Part shown: piece after piece, positions 25,681-38,993 of the stretch | How positions within the stretch are numbered: position 1 is the first letter of the stretch | Layout of the letters: each line of letters begins with the position of its first letter | Assembly: GCA_040954595.2 (NCBI GenBank) | Contig: CM082579.2 | Location: 3,647,227-3,711,226 of the forward strand | Source of the DNA: Balanoglossus misakiensis | Lineage: Eukaryota; Animalia; Hemichordata | Direction: 5' to 3' | Length of the DNA stretch: 64,000 bases | Notes under the pieces: generated by a model | What the model saw: only the letters and a program-made list of their open reading frames with translations | Database searches by the model: none | Told to the model about the DNA's origin: nothing | Translations under genes and position numbers: made by a program

Positions 25681-27266
25681 AGATTAATAAAATATTCTGA
25701 CGTGTCGATCAAACTTTGATAATCTTGTCATTGCACTTTAAAAGAACTAAAAGTTTATTGAACTGGTCTATTTGTTTCTGAAGACAAAGTGTTCACCAAC
25801 TGATCATATATACATGTAGTACACATGGGTGACCTCTGCCTGGGATGGAGCATCAATTATTCACGCGTGCGCATTCGATCCTTGCGGCTCCACACGAGAT
25901 ATCAAGTTCTTCAGAGCGTAAAGTGGATAAACTTTGATTTAATACGTATCCAATTCTGCCTACACCTTTCCGAAAAACAAGCTTCCCCCTTGAGAATTGT
26001 CTCGGCGTGTCCTTCTCGAAGCCGTCGGCGTCCTCGTGTGTCTTCTGCGAAACACAAAGCGCTTATCGGATTTGCGAGCAACAAACGCGAAGGAACACGA
26101 CCAGTCTGTGAACACAATGTTCCGCTTGCTCGACGGCGTAAACACCGCTGATGTAAACCTTACGTGTTTTTCCCAAGTGTGCCCAAGGCATTCAACAACG
26201 ACGACGATGGAATCATTCCTTGGGATTTTTCGAGGCATCCCATTTCAAAGGCACCGGTGCGCTTTTCATGGAATAATTCCCAGGGTATATCCTCGCTTTG
26301 ACAGATACGATTTGAATTATCAGAGTGTCGGACACACAATATGTTAACTAAAGTACAGACATTTCTTCAATTTCTTCTGTAATATTATATGGACATGAAC
26401 TTTGAATTACAGTCTTTATAAGTGGTCCCTTTTCCTCCTCTGATATCTACATATATAATATACATGTGAGGTTATTCTGTTACTGTATTATTTTAATGAT
26501 TTATATGATCCATTTCAAAGTTTCAGTTGTCTCTTTCATATATAAGCCGTTGAGAGTTGCTAACTGGTAATTGATATTATTATGAATATGCATTTTCACA
26601 TTCAGCGTCTTATTACTATGTAATGTGATATTATAGTCACTGAATTGTACTTTGAGATGTCTCGCGATTCTGGCAACTGTTTTTCCTCAATAACATTGAT
26701 GCCAAAAGTACGTGCGAGGTATATTTGTAAATATGTATTATAAAAAAGTATAAGTGTGTATTAAATATTACGTTGAATGGCGATTCTATGTGAATTCAAC
26801 ATTTCCGGTGTGGCCGACCATGTAGCGGTTAGAACCAGACTGATGACGTCTGCCACATTGATGTTGTCGTAAATTCAATTTTATCAAATTGCTCGTGTAT
26901 ACGCAGACGTGTTGTATAATAAACATATACATGTGTACAGTTATCTAGTCAATATTCTTGTTTATAATTTTAGATGTTAATTTATACATTTCAATATTTA
27001 ATCAACATCTACGGTCCGTGTATATTTGTATAATGAGGTACAACCCCAGCGAATCTTTTGAGCATCTTTGGCTGTGGAGACGGACGGACGGACGGTATAA
27101 TAGCTGACAGCACCAGAAATCTTTGCATCAAGATTTAACCAAGAAAAATCGCTGCAAATTTTTCTTTCACACCAGTTAATATGTCTTGATAAGTTAAAAA
27201 GGCCGGCACACATTAAAGCAGAGATCGATATGAGAGTAAGCATCATTTTAGTCTATGGAAGCAGTT

Positions 27267-30200
27267 TCATCGTTTTTCGGATTTCTCCTTTATTCGTCTC
27301 AGTTCGTCGATTTCTTCTGCGACCTTGCTGTCGTGTCTCTTGACGATTTCGTAGAGAGTGCCCCACGTTGGTGGCGCTTCGGCACCTTTCCCGCTCCTGT
27401 GAAGCCATTCCGATATCAGCGCGGCGGCAGCGGCGCTGTCGTCTTTGGCCCCGTCGCCCTTCGACTGTTTTATCGCCTCGCCCTTTATCCCGACATCCTT
27501 TGCGATCACTTCCCAGTACACTCCAAGTTTGATGGCGATGTACTGAATGTCCGACTCGGAAATTACATCGGCTCTTGAACGGGAAATTCGTGGCACCAAC
27601 ACACCTGGAAATAACGATGTTTTAACACTGTGCATAATTATTGACAATTTCCCCCCATTTCTGCTGTCTACAATCCGCGGGAAATGAGATTTCATGATCA
27701 GCAGAGTAAAGATATTGAACGGGAGTGTTAAAAAACGACTTTCGCTTTATAACCGCAATACTAGGTAAACAGTGCAGTGAATAAAATCGTGATAATGGTT
27801 TATTTCCGCTTTTAAATCGAATATAAATACCCCTGCATACAAAATTATATGCACCGTTTTCCGATCGTGCGCGAGATACGGGTCTAGGTTCTGGGCCTGC
27901 TTTGCATACAATCATGTGATCGCCATTATGTGTATCAACTGAATACCTGATGTTCCCTTCTCGACACCATCAAGTCTTTTCTGCATGGAGCCACAACTAT
28001 CCTCTGTCCATCTTCTCAAGACTTCGAGTTCTTCTCGAAGTTTCCTTATCTCCTGCCAGACTGCTTGCTTACCGAGGTTCTCCAAACTTTTCAGTTTGTC
28101 CAGAAACGCGTCGAAGTTGTTGGCATCTTCTCGTTTATCTGCCCGAGAGAGGATAGGTAAATCTTCCTGGTTGTACTATTGACGCTTTACAAAATAGCAT
28201 TACGCGGTCGCCACGAAACGCAGAATAGCAGAGCTCAAGACAGCACGGGTTTTCACAACCCCCTCTCTCACCGGCTGCGCCAGCTTCTACCTTTTTTCTG
28301 GTTAAATGTGCGCCCTCAGCATATCAGCGAAGCTTCGCTAACTAGCCTGTGCGCATAGCAAGCCCAGTTTCACTACAAAACCCTGGCTCCATTCTCTCCC
28401 ATCACTGGACAGCAGCAGAGAGTGTCCAGGTACACAACATACCTTATTAGTACCAAACATATGAAGTCAAAAGAAATCATTGATAATTGGCAAGGCATTG
28501 CATGTACCTCACAATAAATTTACAAATCCGTAAACAATTTTTATCGAGTTCAGTTTATACAGTGAGATTTTTACCAAAGCTCGGGACATACCCTTTTCTT
28601 CCAGCTGGTTAAATCTATCAACGAGACTTTTGTAATCTTCCTTGAATTTCGCAAATTCTTGCGTGAGCGTGGTGAGTACCTTTTTGATTTCTTCTTGCGA
28701 GGTTTTCCCGGAGGTGATTGCTAAAAGAAAATGTGCAGATTTTATTTAATTTCTAGTCATATCGGACAGAAAGGAACCGAGTTCCATCGTGACGGGAGCG
28801 TGTAGTGTAAAATCAATGTGATTAGGGTCTCCGCGCCAGTTAGCATCAACTTTATGACATCAACCACATATCAAAATGAAGTTTCGAAATCTAGTCAGTC
28901 TACGCAAATTCTGGAGCAAGTGTTCTTGAGAGACGATAGTTTTGTATACCCGCTTCGAGCTGCGCAAGTCCATCCATTCTTTGTTTCAGGTCGTTCAGCT
29001 CCCGTCGCACTGTCTCTTTAAATTCCGTCAACTGCTTGGAGATTTCTTCACGGGTGACGTTTCTCATCTCCTTTTTCATTTCCATGGTTTGGCGGGACAT
29101 CATGTCTTGCATCGCTGCCAACAGGGCTGTGGGCGAGAATTTTTGCAGTTCATTGGTTATTCGGCGTCGACGAAGTTCACATCGTGGGTGTTTGCAAAAT
29201 GGCATTTTAATTTTTAAAATACTGTAATTAATAATACGTACAAGAGTTGCGCTCACTAAGGACCCTCCGCTAACCAACGACGAAAGATTACCTTATCTCT
29301 GTGTTTATGAACAGAGTATTATCAGTTACGGAGTCCTGAAGCGACCCCCCCCCCCTAAACAAAGAAAATCAAGTGGTCGCCCTTTACCTTCGTTTCCGTC
29401 CGTCTGTTTACGTGGACTTGGCATGACTGAAATAAGAAAACAAACACATGAATACATTGAATGAAATGCTGAAAACGTGATTTACGACAGCTTTTCGTGC
29501 TATTTTAATGACTTAATTTGTTTGTAATTGTAAAGGTATTTTGTCGCAAACAATTCGCTTTGTCACCAGTCGTAAATCCACATAGAGGGTATTCAGTAAT
29601 ACACAACGGCAACGCTAAGCTTTTCCTGAGGGATGAACATTTATTTCGATGTCCAAATGTGCATCTAGTGTTGTCCCAACACGAGAGAATTACTTCTGCA
29701 AACTTTTTTTCATTTCCATCAAGTTTTCTCCTCTATACAGGGGAAAAAGGATTAAACCACCATTTCCGTCTTCATTTAGGGAGGGTTCCCTCTGCCATCG
29801 ACAGTTGTCGAAAATAGTTCAGCACCCACGGCAAAAATTAAACGGTTTTGCCCTAAGTATGCAGACAATGTCGTCAGCTTTGACAATAAATATGTCTTTG
29901 TCCCGTGCTGTAATAAGATCAGTGACTGTTGCCGTTTCGGCACGTCGCGCTCTGTTGGTTCCATTTTCCTTTGAAATCGTAAAAAAGAAGGGTCTGAGGT
30001 TTGACGCAATCTGCGCATGCCCCAAAGATCAGGGTATACATTTAAATCCGAGACCTTCACAGTACCTGGTGTCTGTGAGGCTTTTCCCGGTTCCATCAGC
30101 TTCAAAACAGTAGTGTCCTGGTTCGTCTTCTTCAAGACGTCATACAGCTTGGCGTATCCGTCTTTCTCCTTCTTGAATAAGTCGAGCAGGTAGGCCACCC

Positions 30201-31132
30201 TTGCATCGTGCTTTCTCATCTGGTTACAAGAAGCAGGGGCGAGAAAAGACGATAGTTACTCGAATCGAGACAGTGAAATGCTTGGGCGGAGTTACAAGTC
30301 GGCGATGCGATGTACATTAACTCTTGAAAACTTAAGCATGCATTCAAAATACATGTCTATCATGACATTTGTTTGTGACAACATTTAGAGGCTTGATTTA
30401 CAGAAATGCCGACTTGTGCTTAATATTTCTACCAAGTGTGTTTGTAAGGTTAGCTTCGATGTCGAGTTACGTACCAGAGAACAGACGGGACCAGATAGTG
30501 TGAAACTAATAATTTCAGTCGTGTTATACCTTCTCATTAAGTTTAGATTGGAGGAATGAATGTAGAAATGAATGAACGAACGAACGGAAGAGCGCAAGAA
30601 TGGAGGCTCTTTTGTAAAGTTATCCAATACCAAAGAACCTGGCGTTTGTTTCACTAACAATAAAGCAGACGCCATTCATGTTGTCAGCTTGTCAAAGAGT
30701 TACAGTGACAGGTCATTTGAAAGATAACAGGCTACGTAGGGAATAAGGGGAAATTGCTTTCCACGACCGACACTTTGTCGTCGAATATTTGTTATGTATT
30801 TAAAATGGCTGCCTTATCGTTCTATTACTCTGCTGGCTGTGTTACAGTGACGACTTGATGAATTATGTAGTTTCAATCAATAAGCTAATGACTTTGAATG
30901 GATTCATCTTGTGACCCTGGATTGGTGGGTCACAAGAAAGAGCAAAATCAATATATATATGTATAGTACGTAGTTTATCAAAACCGATTCTTACGTTCAG
31001 AGACATAACATCGGCATCGCTGATGATTTTGGGGTAGAGTTCCCGCGTCTTCGTTTGCAGACGTTCTACATTGATATTCTTGCTGAAGTAATCCAAATTC
31101 TCAGAGAGTATTCGCTTTTGTTGCAAATCCAT
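27267..31132 (-). CDS. CARD - coiled-coil - Death-domain protein (~388 aa, 7 coding exons)
   Basis: Exons (minus): 31132-30995, 30219-30066, 29426-29388, 29126-28950, 28720-28592, 28138-27947, 27604-27267. All GT-AG, phases join to 1167 nt with no internal stop. N-term MDLQQKRILSENLDYFSKNINV..IISDAD..RVAYLLDLF..GYAKLYDVLKKTNQ is CARD-like; the middle exons are heptad-rich; C-term WEVIAKDVGI..I..LISEW..G..TWGTL is Death-domain-like. Domain calls are by pattern recognition. Confidence 0.8.
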
Positions 31133-31342
31133 ATCAGGTGATGGTGCAGACGACCTGTAGAAGATAAAGAAGGGACGACGTAGAGAAGACAGAAATAACA
31201 AGTGTACCTGGAGGTTTGCCGGCATCTAAACTGAAATCTAATTTGTACTCGACCGGTAAGGAGACTTTCTTCACCTCTTTTGCTTTTAACGCCCCGTGAG
31301 CTATTAAATTTCACATATTTTGTTTTACAATAAAATCTTCTC

Positions 31343-31370
31343 CCTGCCTGCCTGCCTGCCTGTCTGTTTG
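31343..31370. repeat. Short (CTGC)n/(CTGT)n microsatellite
   Basis: CCTGCCTGCCTGCCTGCCTGTCTGTTTGG. Confidence 0.7.
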
Positions 31371-34300
31371 GCTGCCTGTATGTACGTGTGCCTATCTGAA
31401 GTTAGCGAGCCTTGTGTACATACTCCATAAACACTGCCGTTATATGTCTAACTGTTTATCTTTGCTGACCTTTTATTGTCACGATTGGCGTACACACCTA
31501 TAGCCTGGTTGCCCCAGTCCGAGTACTCATGCTTGTCTGCCCTCACGGGACAAAAGCCGCCCAACATCACCATGGATACCATAAAGTCGTTCCAAAACGC
31601 ATTGCACACACATATCACAACTCGTTTACACCGCAGGCACGCCAGGAAATAAGCAAATAAAATAACACTTGAGCATTTTTTCGTAATTTGCTGTCTAATT
31701 TGTTTGTAATTCGGAGATACACAGCGTGTCGGACGGCGTGCCTAAGATCCCATGCACACAATAGATCCATTGCAGCTTCGAGGTCACGATACTGTTCAGG
31801 TAGTCAAGCACTTAGCGCGATATTTTCCTCCCATTAAAAAACAACAAGCGAATATTTTCCTGCAGTGCCATAAAATGAATTTTCTCCAGTTCAGTATGAC
31901 GATAGATAGTTCCGTCTTCGTTAAACTAGGGTCACGTTTGGTTGAACATTCAGTGACAATTCAATTGACGACGGCCATTGTTCGTTACAGGACAAACTTC
32001 TACATTACGCGGCATGTTCACCGCTTCTTGGCGTAACTGGCTGTGCCAAAAATCTGGCTAATTGTTGTCTTCCATCTGCCGTGACCTCGAAGTTGAAGCA
32101 ACAACAAAAGCAATAGATTACAGCAAGTCATTCATGCCTGAAAAGGACCTACCTGTAGAACAAAGGCAGATATGGATTATCACTGTCCTCAAATCACGAG
32201 CACAACAGTGGCCTGGGCCTTTTTTCTGTACCTTATAGCAGCTGTAGCACGCATTTACGTGTCCCTGTGGCGTGGCCGTTGTCTTTTATCGTATATATGT
32301 TGAGTGTAAAAAAAAACGTCCGCGGAATGACCTGTCCAATTTACACAACGCTTTACAGACACAAAAAGCATTAACACTCGTCCAAAGGTCGCCGACTTTA
32401 TTGTGAAGAACTTTGTTGTCACAAGCCGTACCAACCTTTCAGGACTAACCTTTTTCGGATAATACTATAGTTAATGTGCCGGTGTGAATGCAGCGCATGG
32501 CATTTTTAGACTCGGTCGGTCGGTTACATAGATATGTGTAAACTTTCAGTAAAGGAGTTGCTGTCTTATATTGGACACCGAGAGAGGGCGCCACGACAGA
32601 CCATTGCAGCGATGAGCCCCACACTGCGATAAGAAATGGCAAACTTGCATCAGATTTTCCGTTTCAAAATATTTTCAAATATTCCTACACTATCGTGTAT
32701 GAATCGACGCATGAATACTCAGATACTTCACTCCCCAGTGCGTACATGCTCAAATATGACATCACCACTTGAGCGTTCAGCCTAAACAATGCTTATTGTT
32801 TTGTAGTGTTTATTTATATGCACACAATACCTGACACTCAAGTGCATTGTTCGAGTGACAAAGGGTTCCTCCCAAACAAAGAACCAGGATCATGTTGTCG
32901 GTTATTTCTAATTGGCTTCTGCGACAAATAATTCCTCCATTCTAACCAGCACAGTATAAAGCTCCGTTATATACATTGCATAACGGTACATTTTGGATTA
33001 TTTTTACTGGAGGGTAAACGTGCTGATGGAAAAGTCTTGAAGGTAGAAACGTGCTCCCAAAATGCCTACACATCTTCCACGGCACCTCGTTGCGTGTCCT
33101 TCTTGGCTTCTCAGGAACAGGTAATTATTCAGAGTGGATTTAGATAAAGAAATTCGCCTCAAAACCTGTCAAAATAAAGTTAATTACTTTGAACGCACGT
33201 GCATTCACTCTGGAATTCAATTACGACGGCACTTAGTCCCTTCCGGGTGTGAAAGGTTCTGTCGATGTGCGGCGAGGTGTCGAATACGCTCTGGTTTACG
33301 GGCTGTTACACAACTGACAATGTTACGTCGCCCTTGAGCTGTTTTGTTATGTTTCCCGACGCTGGATAAAAAAAAACATTTGGTTATTGGACGTCATTTA
33401 AGTGTCGAGGGATTTGCGCGATTACCCGAGGTGTGTATTGGTTGTCACGTATCTGATTAACGGAGAGGTTCTGTCGATTGACGTGAGGGCTTCATTTGTG
33501 TAGATTACCGTCGTCAGTAGCGTGAACGGATCGTAGGACAGAGGCGACTCCTTACTGTTTTTGATGGCACACGTCTTGATGATTGGTCAACCCCGGCGGC
33601 CAACCGACCTAAAGCAACATTGGCTTCGCAAATTATTGTAGCTCATGGACCTTTAACTCGTGAACTTTTTACTAGTCATAGCATCAGTTTGTTTTAGAAA
33701 GCTTATTTCTGGGCATAGTCGGCCGGAGAAAATGGCGACTGTTTCACCTTTCCGATATTTTCTGTCGATGTTTTTCTGTATGGGAGACGTGATTATAATT
33801 TAGCGTTCAAATCGATAGAAAGGCTTTTAACTAAAAGCAAACTATTAAAGAGATAACACGGTTGTGATGCCTGTCAGCTTTGACCTCCTCTTATGTATTT
33901 ATTCGGAGAAAACAATTTTCACAAAAGCCTATTTGACTGTTTATCCTAAAATAGTAACGCAACATTTAAATTTCACAGTGAAGCGACTGCCTTATTGACA
34001 TCAATTTAAACGCGCCGCTTATTAAGCTGTTTGAGTTTCTGATTTGATCGGCGATGATTTAAAAAAAATGAAATTGCAACGAAGACATTAAAATCCCATT
34101 ACAAGTGATCCCCGCCGGGCAGACTTTCGGGAAAATGGAAGATCTTTATCGGTTTGTAGGCCATCTAGAAGAGAAATTGCTATGTGTCACGGAAATCAAA
34201 CAATCTATACTTCAGAATTTCTCTCACACTTTGTGGTGTGGGACAGGCTCAAGTTTTAGTATCGGGGCGCACAGCCAATCAGCGATAGCACTGTACTCAT

Positions 34301-37300
34301 ATGCAAAATAAGCCAGGGGCGGTGAAAGGCTTGGGTCTATGCCACGACTGAGTCACGAAGGTTTTTGACACAGCAACACGTACTCTCTGCAAGTAATTCA
34401 TGGATGTAGCTGCAAACGCCATGTAACCATGTCATCAGATACACGTTGAACGTCGAGGCCAGCGATGACGTGACAAATACGTAAGTTAGTCTTTCTAATT
34501 TTAAAAAAGTCGGTATTTATACGTCATGTACACCTTTTTTGTTGCGGACAATAATTCGATTAATATCGGAGTCGAGTTGTTTTACTGGTAAGGATCGCTT
34601 GCTCTGTGGTTGACTTGGGGCACGGTGTTAATCGGAGGTTTCGATTGTATGACGCAGACAGAAGAAATGGAGACAGTCCTGATCGAATGGTGAGGAGCTG
34701 ATCTGGTAGATTTTACGTAGTTTGGGAGGAGACGCGATGATTTGACATCCGGACAGATTCCTCGGTGTTTGTGTTTGTAGAAGCAATGAGAAGATAATAA
34801 TGATATACATGTATATGCTTACTACTGGTATTCTACACGTCGTGTCTTGAACTGGGCGCGTCGATGCTTGTCGGAATATTGAAAATTTTATTTCGTTTTT
34901 ATGATATAACGCTATAAATCACTGATCTCACTGATTGATAGGTGTCAACGAATATTCCGGACGGCAGTGGACTGTCCATGGCGAAACTTCACACACCCCC
35001 ATTCCGAATTTTGGAATTGTATAGACGGTTACACAATTCCCTCGGTGTCCATGTAGCATTGTCTGGTCGGTTGTAAGGCTGCCGTATTCAAATTGAATTT
35101 GACAAATGTCTTGTCTCTAATTGCAGTGTACTGATCAGCGATCGATAGACCCATGGGCTGGGTGGCCTTTTTGCGGGGTTGCTCATGATCCGACCCGGTC
35201 TTGAACGTTTTTACTCAGCGAGTCCTAGTCCGAATCTTCAGTGATAACGCTGCTTAATTGCATTATGCAAACCCCATAAAAGTGCTCTCAGGCGCATCCC
35301 ATCAATTATTTTATCTTCACGGCTATTTCCTATGAGATGTATGGCTTTCACGTCAGTGATCGGTTGACGAAGAAGAGCAGTCTTTTTGAAATCAAATGTG
35401 GGGATGACAAGCTCCACGCGTGTGTACGCCTTCGTAAGGTCTTTGCTGTTCTCGTCCGATTCTGTCGCCTCTCTACAGCGACTGATGTTAACCAGATTGG
35501 GTGAACAGTACACATGGCAGGATTGTTCCTAGGAATTCCTGGGCATCTTGACTCGTGTAATAATTAGTCTACATGGCAAAAGTCAAAGATCAAAGCAGTC
35601 GTACAGATATCTATCATAAAACATGGGTTGATTGTCCTATCTGTCGGGGCTCGATGCGTGAGAACATGATACAAAACGTGAACACAAACACGTCAACTCA
35701 CGGTGACAAATTTCAATTTGTTGACGGATCGACAGGATATTGAAATATGTTATTATGTGATTTAAATTTGTATACATTACAGCATTTATGTGCATTCTCG
35801 CGTCAGAAAGTGGAGAGAATGACCGCATAAAACCTGATTAATTTTTTTATGTCACACTCATAACATTGCGGAGATCTTCACACAATTGACATGTTGCGTA
35901 AATCATTAAATAATCATCCTGACACGTATTAGCGCCTTTATATCTCCATCAAGCTATTTGAACGTGCAGGGAATATTGCATCCTTATTACTAACGCAAGT
36001 TATCACCATCAATGGGAAGTCTTGACAGTGCCTTTTATCTCACTGACTCTAATAACTGCATGGCAACAATGGGAATTGAAACGACGGATCAATTTGCGAG
36101 GATGTGTCGGGACGGCCGGCCTTCGGGTATTAAACAATTTAGGCCTCGAATAGTCAACTAATAGCCGGGATTATTGGTCGGTCGACTAATCAACACGTGT
36201 GTGTCAAAATGTAGCTGAACATTTTGGACCACCACTCGCTGTTAATTGATCAAACGACGCCGTCGCTGACAGTCGATTTATTGCAACCATGGACCCTTCC
36301 TTCAGAAAAATAGGTGTGACGTAGTAAGTGGACACGCTCAATTATGTATACAGCGAATACACGAATAAGGCTAACCTGTTACTATAAAAGGATAATGTGA
36401 TTGTAGGATTGTCAAGACGTGTTTAGTTTGTGGTCCGTCTGCCCCATGCCTGATGTCTTTGATGGGTTGCACGGTTGCATTGAATATTAATGACCCTCGT
36501 CCTCGAGAATCGCAGCCAACAGCTGCAGAACCACACAAGGCAAGTTAATAAGTATTAAGGTACATCTAGTGTTCTAGTATGTATCGGTTTCTTTAGGGGG
36601 TAGTGACGATTTTATACGTAATCGTTGGCGATTGTTTAATTGGCTTTTAACATTTTATAGGCTATTAAGGATTCCTTTGCATCATTCATGTATTCACTCG
36701 GAATAATTTGATGGTCTCGCCTTTGTTAGTCGCTATTTCATCCCGCCTTTTATATTAGTCGTTCACCCTTGGAATTTTCTCTTTTTTTTGCCTCGCGTTT
36801 GCGTTGCAAGGAAAACCATTCGTTGTCGTCGTGTCCCTTTGTGGCGGTTTCTGTGGGTTAATGACATTCTTCTGTGCCTATTTGAAGTATTGGTGACTGA
36901 CCACAACATTGCCAAGTGGTCTGAGCCACGCAGATTGTGGCTCGGAACTCCTGAAATGTATAGCACCAAAACTTCGAGCGAAATCGCAAACCCCCAAAGA
37001 AAATTCGTTTCCCAAGCGCGTGGCCAAAGGAGTCAAGTTAATTGTAGGAGAAAATTCGATTAAATTGCGAAATCGGAGGGTTCTCCCTCAAGACGAATGC
37101 AATATTTACCGTATACCCGGCCGACAAACCCATTTCTTCGACATTCCCTTCACGGTCGATATTTAATACAATCGCAATCGAATATCATTTTGTAATATAA
37201 CATTTGTCTCCAGAGAATTTCTGTACGGAACGAGCAAATTAGTCAATACTCAAACATTTTAAAGGACTAATTGGCAACGTGATAGTGGGGGATTTCGCGT

Positions 37301-38993
37301 CAATTCATGTATTTTAAAATGGCAAGTGTTTAAGTACTTCGATTGGAAGTTAATTGTCGATCTCAAATTTTCGAGGACATCGATCTCATATGCAGTGCTA
37401 AGATTCCAGAGTTTGCTTTTATCGGAATCTAAATCAGTCGGAGTCCACAGCGGCGTTCTGCGGGAGATTCTAAATTTTTACTTGAATCGGAATCGACTGC
37501 GGTTGGGGGTCGTCTCCGTTATCGGCAGGACTCGAAGTTTCTCCCCGGCAGTCGGAATCCTGATCGGTTGGGATCCACAGAACTCATTGAGAGGATTGTA
37601 TATTTGAATCATCGGAATCCAAGTCGGTTTTGGATGTCACAATCTGTTCTAGGTTACTGGAGACCAAGTCGGCCTGGATCCGCGCTGACGGACACTGTTT
37701 TCTGCATTTGATTTACTAGGAATCCAGGTCGATGAGGGTGTTCGAGGCGTCTTGAAATCCGCGCCCCGTGTAAATCACATTTTATTCGCGCTTGTTGGCG
37801 GCGACTTCCTAGCTCGGCTGATTCGGTGATTTTGAGGAAGGAATACTATTATTCGGTCGAAATATGCCGGGCATTCTTCAAGAAGTGAATGTACGTATAG
37901 TTTAAGATTCAGTCCAATGAACTCGCAATACAGATCATTTCCTGTTCTACAGATCTGGAATTAATATCACTCAATGCACAGTTACACAATTCATTAAGAT
38001 GTCCCTGAATTATATCGGAGAGTATTAAAATTTAGGCATTTACCGAACGAGTAAATATTTTGTTTGCGGTATATAAACTGATGAATATTTACTCAAGTGG
38101 TTCAGAAACGGGTAATGGAAATCCAAACATTGCGAGGCGAAGGAATTCGCTGTGTGACGTAAGTTCCCCCTTAATTTACGTATGACTGTTTTTACACCAG
38201 GTGTCATGGCTGTCATTGACCGCACCATCCCAGAACAAAAATATTGAAACAGAAACAGTTAATCGATACATAATTATGTTAACGCTGTCGGGACAAGCGC
38301 TCTTGCCTTCTAATTAGTTGGGGGCAGTTGTTTTGCGCGGCGATGGCCTCAGATGACCTCTGACGAGTGTGTTCTACCAGCAAGCACACTCATGCATAAT
38401 GAAGGCTATATATATAAATATGGATTCGGTTGGCAGTTAATTATCATGTGCAGCCGGGAGATCTAGACGGTGAAATCACCGCCGGGTACGTCCATGGACG
38501 CAGTGAGATGAAACCCTAGTTCAGCGCACCGAAGTTGCACGTACGATTCCCGGGTAGCGATATTAGGTATCAAACAGCTTTTCTTATAATACCCGTCTTT
38601 ACATAAACCATGCATACGTCCCCACACTTTGCCACACGAGTCGCCAAAGAGGAATAGGATGTCCTGCGCTGATCCGGGGGAATTTGGAATGATATAGAAA
38701 CATACTATTGGCCAAAGTAACCGTCTTGTCTTTCTGTTCTATTCTCAGATGCCAAAGGCTAACTACCCCCAGTAGTGATGTACTGTAGCTGTGGCGTCAA
38801 TCTGAATATCGACATTAAGAGATATGCGAACATATCTTCACATTCGCATCGGGAATGACAGATTGGAGACATAGGGGACTGTATTCGTTTCTTACTCCGA
38901 TTCGATTTCTATGCCGGATTGTAACAAGTGACTATGCTTTCGCCGTCTGTGTAGAGCACGCATCTTGTTAAAGGATACTGAAGGCCGCGCATC

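Noticed and set aside
25096-25700. Overlapping antisense/alternate-frame ORFs on the GPCR exon (likewise at 39.1-40.0 kb and 49.2-49.9 kb)
   Set aside because: Shadow ORFs caused by GC3-rich codon usage of the real genes; no recognisable domains.
28900-29277. LINE ORF1-like coiled-coil ORF
   Set aside because: The coiled-coil part is bounded by phase-compatible splice sites and fits the CARD-DD gene; no RT/endonuclease is nearby.
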